A stretch of DNA of 8,907 nt from Nitrososphaerota archaeon (GTDB lineage Archaea; Thermoproteota; Nitrososphaeria; Nitrososphaerales; UBA57): NCBI GenBank assembly GCA_013378385.1, contig JACAFS010000041.1, positions 1 through 8,907 of the forward strand, written 5' to 3'. Numbering within the stretch: the stretch's first letter is position 1; every line of letters begins with the position of its first letter. Both the position numbers and the translations under genes were made by a program. Shown piece after piece: positions 1-8,178 of this stretch. The notes below the pieces were generated by a model that worked only from the letters and a program-made list of their open reading frames with translations, was not told the origin of the DNA and ran no database searches.

Positions 1-32
1 CCCGATATAATTTAGAGAGAATGTATTTACTT

Positions 33-1715
<1,683 letters not shown>

Positions 1716-1742
1716 ATAACCTGAAGGATGTTAGACATAGCA

Positions 1743-1752
1743 TATATATTTT
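1743..1752 (-). promoter_or_regulatory. TATA-box-like element upstream of the thermosome gene
   Basis: The minus strand reads AAAATATATA, centred about 32 nt upstream of the ATG at 1715. With the usual archaeal TATA-to-TSS spacing (~26 nt) this implies a very short leader. It is a motif-level call only. Confidence 0.4.
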
Positions 1753-1762
1753 GTGCGGATTT

Positions 1763-1888
1763 TCACATATCACAATCTAATTCTTCAATTCTATTTGGAT
1801 CGAATAAACAAGAATAACATAAATTTTCAATCATATGTGCTTCAGTGGTTGGAACAAATGTATCTCCACATAATGAACAATTATTCAT
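1763..1888 (-). CDS. Small zinc-ribbon-like protein, 41 aa (MNNCSLCGDTFVPTTEAHMIENLCYSCLFDPNRIEELDCDM), not in the supplied ORF track
   Basis: Hand translation of the minus strand gives ATG at 1888-1886 and TGA at 1765-1763. Two CxxC pairs 16 residues apart (C4/C7 and C24/C27) are the classic four-Cys zinc knuckle spacing. It lies on the same strand as, and 26 nt downstream of, the pmbA stop, and fills an otherwise unexplained 199-bp gap. A 41-codon open frame is only modestly unlikely by chance in AT-rich DNA. Confidence 0.5.
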   Translation of the reverse strand: MNNCSLCGDTFVPTTEAHMIENLCYSCLFDPNRIEELDCDM

Positions 1889-1914
1889 TATATTTACATA
1901 AAATTTGATATTAA

Positions 1915-3243
1915 TTAAGTAGATCGAGTAACCGGTACGTCTTTTATGACAATAGAAGGAGATAAAACAGGAGTTTCAACTTCCCACCAATTAATCCATT
2001 TACGAGTTTGAGATAATGAATCAATATTAAGTAATTGTCTTGGAATATCATCACTAATACGAATGCCATGAATAGGAGAAGAGATTTTGCCGTTTTCTAT
2101 AATAAAACATGCGTCTCTAGGAACAGTAGAATATGAACCAGCGGCGGGGTTTTGGAATCTAGTGTACCAATTATTTGTGATTAATAATCCATTGTTAATT
2201 GAAGATAGCTGTTCTTCGAAAGTAGTATTTCCAGAAGATACATCAATATTCCAACAAAAAGGAGCCATTATTCCTGCATTGCCTGTAGATTTCACTCCAT
2301 ATTTATTAGAAGTAGTAATATTGTGAAGATAGTTTGTCAAGATGCCATTATCAATTATTTTGGTAGATTGGGTAGGCGTTCCTTCATCATCAAAAATACG
2401 TTGATAAATACCATTTTTTGGATTACCAACGTCAGATAAAGATAAATCGTCGGATGAGACCTTAAGATTTATTTTATTGGCAAAAAATGAATCGCCAGAA
2501 TCAACAGAATCAGCTGAAGCTGCATGGCCTACAAATTGGAATATATCTGCTGCAACAGTAGGTGTAAATAAGATATCATATTTTCCAGGATTGCATTGTC
2601 TTGGATTTATTGATGATTTTGCATAATCGCCTGCGTCGATTCCAGCTTTTTCAGAATCTATATCATCAATTGAAGATGAACATGACAAACCATGTCCACT
2701 AGATTTAGATTCAGTAAATGCACGAATATTTAATAAATTAGTAATAGATTCGTCTTTAGATTCAATACCAGCAGATGTTATTAATATTATTTCAGACATA
2801 CGACTTGTAAATGATCCACATACTCGTGATGCGCCATGTTGTAAAGCAGAATTGATAGAATTCTCAACATGATCAATAATAGATTCAGAATTATTTATTT
2901 GGTCAATCTCGATATGTTTGTTTATTTCATAGGTAAAAGGTCCAGATGGAAGATGAGTATAATCATTATTTATAGGAGAATCATTGCAATATTGAAACAA
3001 AGAATCTAAATAATTAATAATGCTAGTTTCGTCTAGATTATAAATTACACCACTAGCGCGTTTTTTATCTTTTCCTAAATAAATCTCAATTGCAATATTT
3101 TCGGTACTGTCAAAGACATTGATTGAATTATTACTAAATCGTATAAGATCTTCATATTCTTTAGATAAGAGAAATGAATAATCGTCGCAATTAAGAGAAG
3201 AAATTTTATTTTCAACTATAGATAATATATTATTTAGATTCAT
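1915..3243 (-). CDS. pmbA: PmbA/TldE-family protein (peptidase U62 family, non-catalytic partner of TldD), 442 aa
   Basis: Size and overall similarity fit the TldD/PmbA family, including the C-terminal G-rich region and motifs such as FDDEGTPTQ and NNWYTRF. At the position of the TldD metal site it has GHAASADS, with no HExxxH. Its ATG overlaps the tldD stop in an ATGA (3240-3243). Confidence 0.88.
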   Translation of the reverse strand: MNLNNILSIVENKISSLNCDDYSFLLSKEYEDLIRFSNNSINVFDSTENIAIEIYLGKDKKRASGVIYNLDETSIINYLDSLFQYCNDSPINNDYTHLPSGPFTYEINKHIEIDQINNSESIIDHVENSINSALQHGASRVCGSFTSRMSEIILITSAGIESKDESITNLLNIRAFTESKSSGHGLSCSSSIDDIDSEKAGIDAGDYAKSSINPRQCNPGKYDILFTPTVAADIFQFVGHAASADSVDSGDSFFANKINLKVSSDDLSLSDVGNPKNGIYQRIFDDEGTPTQSTKIIDNGILTNYLHNITTSNKYGVKSTGNAGIMAPFCWNIDVSSGNTTFEEQLSSINNGLLITNNWYTRFQNPAAGSYSTVPRDACFIIENGKISSPIHGIRISDDIPRQLLNIDSLSQTRKWINWWEVETPVLSPSIVIKDVPVTRST

Positions 3244-4703
3244 GATCGAGTACCTATTCTAATATTTCTTAATCGAACATCAGGCGCTCCAGTCCAGACA
3301 GGAGCTCCTTGCATAGGTTCGCCTTTTCCACAGTTTGCGGCTTTGAAATCAAGGTTTTTGGAACGTGCATCAACAGAAGACCAGAATTTCTTGGATGTGA
3401 GTTCTAAAACGGGGGATTTAACATTTATGTCTAATTCGCCATTTTTGATTAGATAGGCTTCAAAACCAACATATCTTTGGTTTTCTCTCCTATCGTCTAT
3501 ATTCCATTCCATGAAATTTTTTATATAAACGCCTTTTTTTATGTCAGACAGTAATTCTGTGATATCATAATCTCCAGGTTCAATAAATGTATTAGACATT
3601 CTTATTATAGGTTCTTTATCAAATTCAACACTACGAGATGCAGCGTTACTTCGAATATTCATTTTGAATGATGTTTCACGATTATGTAATAAATCAGTAA
3701 TAACTCCGCCTTTAATTAGTTCACGTTTTCGTGATTCAACGCCTTCATCGTCAAATAAATAAAATCCCATAGATTCAGGGATAGTAGGATCATCACTGAC
3801 AAATACTTCTTCACTGCCAATTTTAGTTCCATAACAATCAAAACCAAGATAAGATTCTCCAGCTTGAGCAGCTTCCCTGCCAAGAATACGATCAGCTTCA
3901 AATGGATGTCCACATGATTCGTGAGCAACTAGACCAGCAATATCTGGACCAACGATTATATCAATATCTTCGTCGAATTTTTCAGATTTAGATTTAATAG
4001 AATTAGATGCAATAATCAATTGTTCTGGAATATATGAACTAAGGTCGAAAGATTTTATTTTCTCCCAACCGCCAGAACGTCCAAGTCCTGCATATCCAGC
4101 AGGAATGCTGAATGCAGACAATTGTCCATTATGATTAGCAGTAATAATACTATGAAATGAGACACGAGGAACACGACTCAATATGTGTGTGCCTTCAGTA
4201 TTCACATAAAATTTTTCTTCAATCGAATTATCAATACCTAAAGTTCTATTAGGAAGAGAGACATCGGAATTAAATGATGTAATATATCCATCAACGTCTT
4301 TCAGAATTGATATCATATCTGTAACATGAACGTTTTTTAAATTTTCTTTTTCTGAAGCAGACCATTCTTTATTGACTGATTTTTCACTTGAAAATTCAAT
4401 AGGAGCCTTTGATATTTTTTTAGATGATTTTGCTCTTGAAATTGATTTTTCAATTAAAGTATTAAGAGAATCATCAAACATATTAGTAGATGCAAAGACC
4501 ATCACACCATCATAAATCATACGAATTCCTACGCCTTGTTTTTCATAAGAAATTGTAGGTTTAGATTCGCCATTTTGTAATATTGCAGCCAAATGTTGTG
4601 TAGAATGAAATCTAGCTTCGGCATATTCTACATTATATTTCTGTGCTTCATTAATAATCGAATAAAGTAAATCTTCATATTTTGATAATGAATTGGCAGT
4701 CAA
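3240..4703 (-). CDS. tldD: TldD-family zinc metalloprotease (peptidase U62), 487 aa, TTG start
   Basis: The metal-binding motif HESCGHPFEAD is present (HESCGH at nt 3906-3923). FDDEGV and GxC-type C-terminal motifs also fit TldD. The only ATG/GTG/TTG start between the upstream in-frame stop (4821-4823) and the conserved N-terminal region is TTG at 4703-4701. The first internal Met is about 60 residues in, past conserved sequence. Confidence 0.92.
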   Translation of the reverse strand: MTANSLSKYEDLLYSIINEAQKYNVEYAEARFHSTQHLAAILQNGESKPTISYEKQGVGIRMIYDGVMVFASTNMFDDSLNTLIEKSISRAKSSKKISKAPIEFSSEKSVNKEWSASEKENLKNVHVTDMISILKDVDGYITSFNSDVSLPNRTLGIDNSIEEKFYVNTEGTHILSRVPRVSFHSIITANHNGQLSAFSIPAGYAGLGRSGGWEKIKSFDLSSYIPEQLIIASNSIKSKSEKFDEDIDIIVGPDIAGLVAHESCGHPFEADRILGREAAQAGESYLGFDCYGTKIGSEEVFVSDDPTIPESMGFYLFDDEGVESRKRELIKGGVITDLLHNRETSFKMNIRSNAASRSVEFDKEPIIRMSNTFIEPGDYDITELLSDIKKGVYIKNFMEWNIDDRRENQRYVGFEAYLIKNGELDINVKSPVLELTSKKFWSSVDARSKNLDFKAANCGKGEPMQGAPVWTGAPDVRLRNIRIGTRS

Positions 4704-4745
4704 TAGTAGATTATAATAATCGGCAACAATATTAGTTTTATTAAG
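4704..4745. promoter_or_regulatory. 42-bp divergent intergenic region that must hold the promoters of tldD (minus) and the PIN-ATPase gene (plus)
   Basis: Two A/T-rich TATA-like stretches are present. TTATAATAA (about 4711-4719) is centred ~30 nt before the plus-strand ATG at 4746. The minus strand reads TTAATAAAA (4744-4736), centred ~37 nt before the TTG at 4703. The geometry implies short leaders and interleaved promoters. This is a motif-level call only. Confidence 0.3.
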
Positions 4746-6584
4746 ATGGGAAAAGTAAGCAAAGAGAAGTTTAATAAAGTAAGAATAGTTCCAGATACAA
4801 GCATAATAATTAATCAGATATTATCAGAAAAAATAGGAAAAGGAGAGATTAAAAATTCTGAAATTATAATTCCGATAGCAGTTTTAGATGAACTACAAGC
4901 ACAGGCCTCAAAGCATCAAGAGATAGGATTTTTAGGATTAGAAGAATTAAAGGTAATCAAGGATATCTCAACTAAGAAAAAAATTAAATTCAGGTATTTA
5001 GGAACAAGGCCATCACTAGAAGATATCAAATTATCTAGAAGTGGAAGAATTGATGCGATTATTAGAGACGAAGCTATAAAAAATGATGCCATATTGTTTA
5101 CTGGAGATTATGTTCAAGCAATAGTAGCAGAAGCAATGGGTGCAAAAGTAAATTATATCCCAAAGGTAATTGATGAAGAGGGCAGTAACCTCGACAGATT
5201 CTTTAAAGATGAATTAATTTCAAGTGTGCATATTAAACAAGGAATACCAATAAGGGTAAAAAAAGGATTGCCTGGAGAAATTGAATTAATTTCAATAGGA
5301 AAATCGATTGATGAAGACGAGATAAATAAAATAATTAAAGATATAGAGGAATTTGCACGAGTGAGTCAAAAAAGAGACAAACAAATAGTTCGTGACGGAG
5401 CAAAGGTAATTCAACTTGATAAATTCAGAATAACAATAACAAATCCTCCATTTTCAGATAAACCGGAAGTAACAATAATTAAACCAATTAAAAAATTACA
5501 AATTACTGATTATAGCATTCCTAAAAAACTAATGGAAAGAATAGAAATATCGGCAGAAGGAATATTAGTGGCGGGGAGTCCAGGTTCAGGTAAAAGTACA
5601 TTTGCTTCTAGTTTGGCAGAATTTTATTCTTCAAAGAATAAGATTGTTAAAACAATTGAATCGCCAAAAGATCTACAAGTGAATCCTGAAATTACCCAAT
5701 ATGGGCAACTAGATGGTGATTTTGAGAAAACAGCAGAAATATTATTGTTAGTAAGGCCAGACTACACAGTATTTGATGAAGTAAGAAAAACGAGAGATTT
5801 TATGATTTTTGCAGATTTACGTTTATCAGGAGTTGGTATGATTGGAGTAGTACATGCGAGCAATCCCGTAAATGCCATTCAAAGATTTGTTGAAAGAATT
5901 GAAATGGGAATGATCAGTAACATTGTAGATACGGTAATTTTTCTTAAAGATGGAGAGATATCTAAAACATATCAATTGGAATTAGTCATGAAAGTACCAA
6001 CAGGAATGCAAGAAGCGGATCTTACAAGGCCAGTTATCGAAATAAGAGATTTCATTGATTCGACTCTAGAATATGAAATATACACATATGGAGAAGAAAA
6101 AGTAATAATTCCAGTAATGGAAGTTGAAAAAAAAGAACGTATAACAAAAGACAAATCTATGAAAAAACTTCAAGATAATTATGGCAAATATATGAACGAG
6201 ATGGATATTGAAATGGTTTCGTCTAGACGAGCATTAATTACAACTGATAAAAAGAACATTCCAGAGATAATCGGGAGAAATGGACAGAATATTATGAACA
6301 TGGAAAAAAAACTAGGGATAAAAATTGATGTTGAACCAAGCAATAATGCATTAGGTAGAAATATCGACCACGTAATTCATGAAACGGGAAATTCATTAGA
6401 TATTTTGTTTAAAAGAAAACTAGATGGAAAAACATTAAATCTATACATAGACAATGATTATATTTTATCCGCAACAGTAGGAAAAAAGAACAAAATAAGA
6501 GTTGCAAAGGATTCAGACATAGGAAAATCAATAATTAATGCAATAATTCAGGAAAGAAAAATTATTGTGACAAACGTAGATTAA
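4746..6584 (+). CDS. PIN domain / PilT-like P-loop ATPase / KH domain fusion protein (archaeal PINc-VapC family ATPase, COG1855-like), 612 aa
   Basis: The N-terminal PIN-like module has IVPDTS (D17 at nt 4794-4796), VLDEL, and a TGD motif at aa 119-121. Walker A GSPGSGKST lies at nt 5574-5600 and Walker B-like TVFDE at D344-E345 (nt 5775-5780). The C-terminal KH motif IIGRNGQNI has its GRNG at nt 6273-6284. Confidence 0.9.
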   Translation: MGKVSKEKFNKVRIVPDTSIIINQILSEKIGKGEIKNSEIIIPIAVLDELQAQASKHQEIGFLGLEELKVIKDISTKKKIKFRYLGTRPSLEDIKLSRSGRIDAIIRDEAIKNDAILFTGDYVQAIVAEAMGAKVNYIPKVIDEEGSNLDRFFKDELISSVHIKQGIPIRVKKGLPGEIELISIGKSIDEDEINKIIKDIEEFARVSQKRDKQIVRDGAKVIQLDKFRITITNPPFSDKPEVTIIKPIKKLQITDYSIPKKLMERIEISAEGILVAGSPGSGKSTFASSLAEFYSSKNKIVKTIESPKDLQVNPEITQYGQLDGDFEKTAEILLLVRPDYTVFDEVRKTRDFMIFADLRLSGVGMIGVVHASNPVNAIQRFVERIEMGMISNIVDTVIFLKDGEISKTYQLELVMKVPTGMQEADLTRPVIEIRDFIDSTLEYEIYTYGEEKVIIPVMEVEKKERITKDKSMKKLQDNYGKYMNEMDIEMVSSRRALITTDKKNIPEIIGRNGQNIMNMEKKLGIKIDVEPSNNALGRNIDHVIHETGNSLDILFKRKLDGKTLNLYIDNDYILSATVGKKNKIRVAKDSDIGKSIINAIIQERKIIVTNVD

Positions 6585-6859
6585 TTAAAAAATCTAGTTT
6601 TAATTTTCTTCATTTCGTCAATAACTGAATAAATAAGAATTACAAATCCAAATACAAGTAATGCACGAGTGAATTGTAGTTGTGCTCCACCTCGTTGTAT
6701 TGCAGGGCCAAGTTCCAGCTCGGAAACTTCACCAAATCCTGCTTCTTGAATTTCGATAACACTTTGATTGAGAAATACTAAGTTATCAATTGACTTTTGA
6801 AAAGCAATAAATCCAAATATCAAAAAGAAAAGCCCTACAATGAATGTAAATTTTTTCAA
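6581..6859 (-). CDS. Small two-TM membrane protein, 92 aa (paralog A), TTG start
   Basis: Predicted hydrophobic helices span aa 4-20 (FTFIVGLFFLIFGFIAF) and aa 64-80 (TRALLVFGFVILIYSVI), around a ~43-aa polar loop. Both termini are basic (MKK.., ..KKIKTRFFN), which suggests an N-in/C-in topology. It is paralogous to the adjacent ORF. The start is TTG at 6859-6857 and no in-frame ATG is available. An AAGGT lies 7 nt upstream, inside the end of the preceding gene. Confidence 0.7.
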   Translation of the reverse strand: MKKFTFIVGLFFLIFGFIAFQKSIDNLVFLNQSVIEIQEAGFGEVSELELGPAIQRGGAQLQFTRALLVFGFVILIYSVIDEMKKIKTRFFN

Positions 6860-6861
6860 AC
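6801..6861. repeat. 61-bp perfect direct repeat, copy 1 (5' end of miniprotein gene A including its TTG start)
   Basis: Base-by-base comparison shows 6801-6861 is identical to 7097-7157 (offset 296 bp). The segment covers 2 nt upstream, the TTG, and about the first 19 codons. Confidence 0.95.
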
Positions 6862-6864
6862 AAA

Positions 6865-7155
6865 CTACCTTAATAACATAGTTTTAATTTTCTTCATTTC
6901 ATCAACTATTGAATATATAAAAGTTACAAATCCAAATACAAGAAATGCACGAGTGACTTGCAATATGGCATCTCCTCGCCGTAATTGCTCAACAGCTTCT
7001 TCTTCGGAAAACTCAACTCCGCCGTCAGGAAGTCTACCCGCTCGAGCTTCTATTACGTAGTTTTCTAGGGCAATTATATTATCAATTGCATTATTGAAAG
7101 CAATAAATCCAAATATCAAAAAGAAAAGCCCTACAATGAATGTAAATTTTTTCAA
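6865..7155 (-). CDS. Small two-TM membrane protein, 96 aa (paralog B), TTG start
   Basis: The architecture matches 6581-6859 and the first 20 residues are identical. TM2 spans aa 68-84. The loop is acidic and Arg-rich (RLPDGGVEFSEEEAVEQLRRGD). The start is TTG at 7155-7153, with an in-frame TAG 4 codons upstream. A GGAG lies 9 nt upstream, inside the last codons of the preceding gene. Confidence 0.7.
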   Translation of the reverse strand: MKKFTFIVGLFFLIFGFIAFNNAIDNIIALENYVIEARAGRLPDGGVEFSEEEAVEQLRRGDAILQVTRAFLVFGFVTFIYSIVDEMKKIKTMLLR

Positions 7156-7157
7156 AC
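7097..7157. repeat. 61-bp perfect direct repeat, copy 2 (5' end of miniprotein gene B including its TTG start)
   Basis: Identical to 6801-6861. The 3' ends of the two genes are also closely related: 6597-6676 versus 6881-6960 have 9 mismatches in 80 nt, and the first 20 nt are perfect. Confidence 0.95.
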
Positions 7158-7160
7158 CGA

Positions 7161-7649
7161 TTATCTCCTATCGATTAAAATGTTTTCCAACCAATTTATT
7201 CCTTGTGTAGTTATCTTAAACATAATTTTTTTATCAATATTTTTTTTATCTACATAACATAATTTTTGTAATTCGCTAAGTCGAGAACTAACAGATTTTG
7301 GATTAAGATCGGTCAGGTCGCATATATCAGAGATTGGTGTAAAGGAATTAGTTTTTCCTGCAAGAAATCCAACATAATTAGCAAGTAACTGAAGACAAAT
7401 TCTTTCACGGTCACTCATTTTTTTTGAATTAATCCAGATTCTTGGTCCTTCAGATGTAAGTTTTATCAAGTTATGAAATTTTGATAAGATATCCTCTAAT
7501 GAATAATTAATTGTGATTTTCTGAGCTAATTCAAGGGATGGGATAGATTTGAGAAGGAATTCATTAATTGAATGTAATACATCCTCAGGATTTCCCTTAA
7601 AATCAATTTTTGTATCTTCATGGGTTATTGTTACGGATAGTTCAGGCAT
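7161..7649 (-). CDS. Hypothetical protein with N-terminal beta-hairpin/helix module and C-terminal winged helix-turn-helix, 162 aa (paralog 3 of the triplet)
   Basis: ATG at 7649-7647. The N-terminus LSVTITHEDTKIDFKGNPEDVLHSINEFLL follows the pattern of the two upstream genes. The C-terminal region (aa ~79-158, nt 7176-7415) has a MarR/ArsR-like wHTH layout: SDRERICLQLLANYV / FTPISDICDLTD / NPKSVSSRLSELQKLCYV / wing KKIMFKIT. This is pattern recognition, not a database hit. Confidence 0.72.
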   Translation of the reverse strand: MPELSVTITHEDTKIDFKGNPEDVLHSINEFLLKSIPSLELAQKITINYSLEDILSKFHNLIKLTSEGPRIWINSKKMSDRERICLQLLANYVGFLAGKTNSFTPISDICDLTDLNPKSVSSRLSELQKLCYVDKKNIDKKIMFKITTQGINWLENILIDRR

Positions 7650-7667
7650 GAAATCACGTCAAAATAG

Positions 7668-8147
7668 CTACAAAGTAGAATTTGAAGGTTTTTCAGTAGA
7701 TGAAAGAAGAGAAGTAGACGCAGTATAAACATATTCTCCAGTATTACTTTTGAATCTTCGAAGACGTCCTGATTTTGCCATTCTTAATAGAGTAACTGCA
7801 ACAGTTTGTTTAGGATACATTAATCCGTATAATTGTAAAATTTCTCTTATTTCATTAAGCTTCTTTGGAGTATCAGACCAATTACTAGTAAATAGTTTTA
7901 GTAATACATCGGTCAATGAATCAGATTTATTTATTATGATATCGGGAGGAATATTAGAAGTGTTTTCTACAGTATTATCGTTTATAGAAAATTTCTTATC
8001 AAGAGAATGTAAAGTAGATACGCCACTTAGGGATTCAATTATTTTTGGAATATGAGATATTATTTCATCAAGATTATTAATATCGCATTCAATATCAACT
8101 TCAGCGTTAGAAATTTTTAATTTAATTTTTGTAATAGAAGTTGTCAT
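7668..8147 (-). CDS. Hypothetical protein with N-terminal beta-hairpin/helix module and C-terminal winged helix, ~159 aa (paralog 2)
   Basis: The ORF track starts at TTG 8150, but the next codon is ATG (8147-8145), which I prefer. An AGGA lies 9 nt upstream of that ATG. The N-terminal ITKIKLKISNAEVDIEC (nt 8085-8135) aligns with paralog 1. The wH region (nt 7716-7919) aligns ungapped with paralog 1 at about 25% identity (D..L..NW, L.E..E.L...G..Y.K, Y.Y wing). Confidence 0.75.
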   Translation of the reverse strand: MTTSITKIKLKISNAEVDIECDINNLDEIISHIPKIIESLSGVSTLHSLDKKFSINDNTVENTSNIPPDIIINKSDSLTDVLLKLFTSNWSDTPKKLNEIREILQLYGLMYPKQTVAVTLLRMAKSGRLRRFKSNTGEYVYTASTSLLSSTEKPSNSTL

Positions 8148-8178
8148 CAAATAATTTCCTAGAAAATTCTATATTAAC

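Noticed and set aside
1763-1888. Mini-ORF as a RiPP/microcin-type precursor processed by the adjacent TldD/PmbA
   Set aside because: There are no modification enzymes (cyclodehydratase, dehydrogenase, radical SAM), no exporter, and no Gly/Ser/Cys-rich core. The CxxC-x16-CxxC spacing is explained more simply by a zinc ribbon. I keep it only as a remote possibility under the corresponding finding.
2087-2326. 79-aa plus-strand ORF
   Set aside because: It is antisense to the PmbA-family CDS, which has clear family-level similarity. No independent support exists.
3716-3928. 70-aa minus-strand ORF in an alternative frame
   Set aside because: It is embedded in the TldD CDS, overlapping the region that encodes the HExxxH metal site in the correct frame. 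The L/K/I-rich translation reflects AT-rich out-of-frame reading.
5972-6154. 60-aa minus-strand ORF
   Set aside because: It is antisense to the PIN-ATPase-KH CDS and has no start context or motif support.
6127-6311. A8 homopolymer runs (6127-6134 and 6304-6311) as programmed frameshift or phase-variation sites in the PIN-ATPase gene
   Set aside because: The reading frame is continuous through both runs, with sensible Lys/Glu-rich protein and an intact downstream KH domain. Such runs are expected in AT-rich coding DNA.
6797-7060. 87-aa plus-strand ORF spanning the junction of the two miniprotein genes
   Set aside because: It is antisense to both paralogs and crosses their 5-nt intergenic gap. 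The minus-strand reading gives two clean paralogous 2-TM proteins with operon-like spacing, which explains the sequence far better.
6581-7155. Miniproteins as class II holins (2 TM, N-in/C-in, basic C-terminus, ~90 aa)
   Set aside because: Holins normally have a very short turn between the TM helices, whereas these have ~43-47-aa structured polar loops. No endolysin, capsid, integrase or other viral gene is nearby. The context is a regulator operon.
7750-8055. 101-aa plus-strand ORF
   Set aside because: It is antisense to the 160-aa wHTH paralog, whose alignment to its neighbour supports the minus-strand frame.
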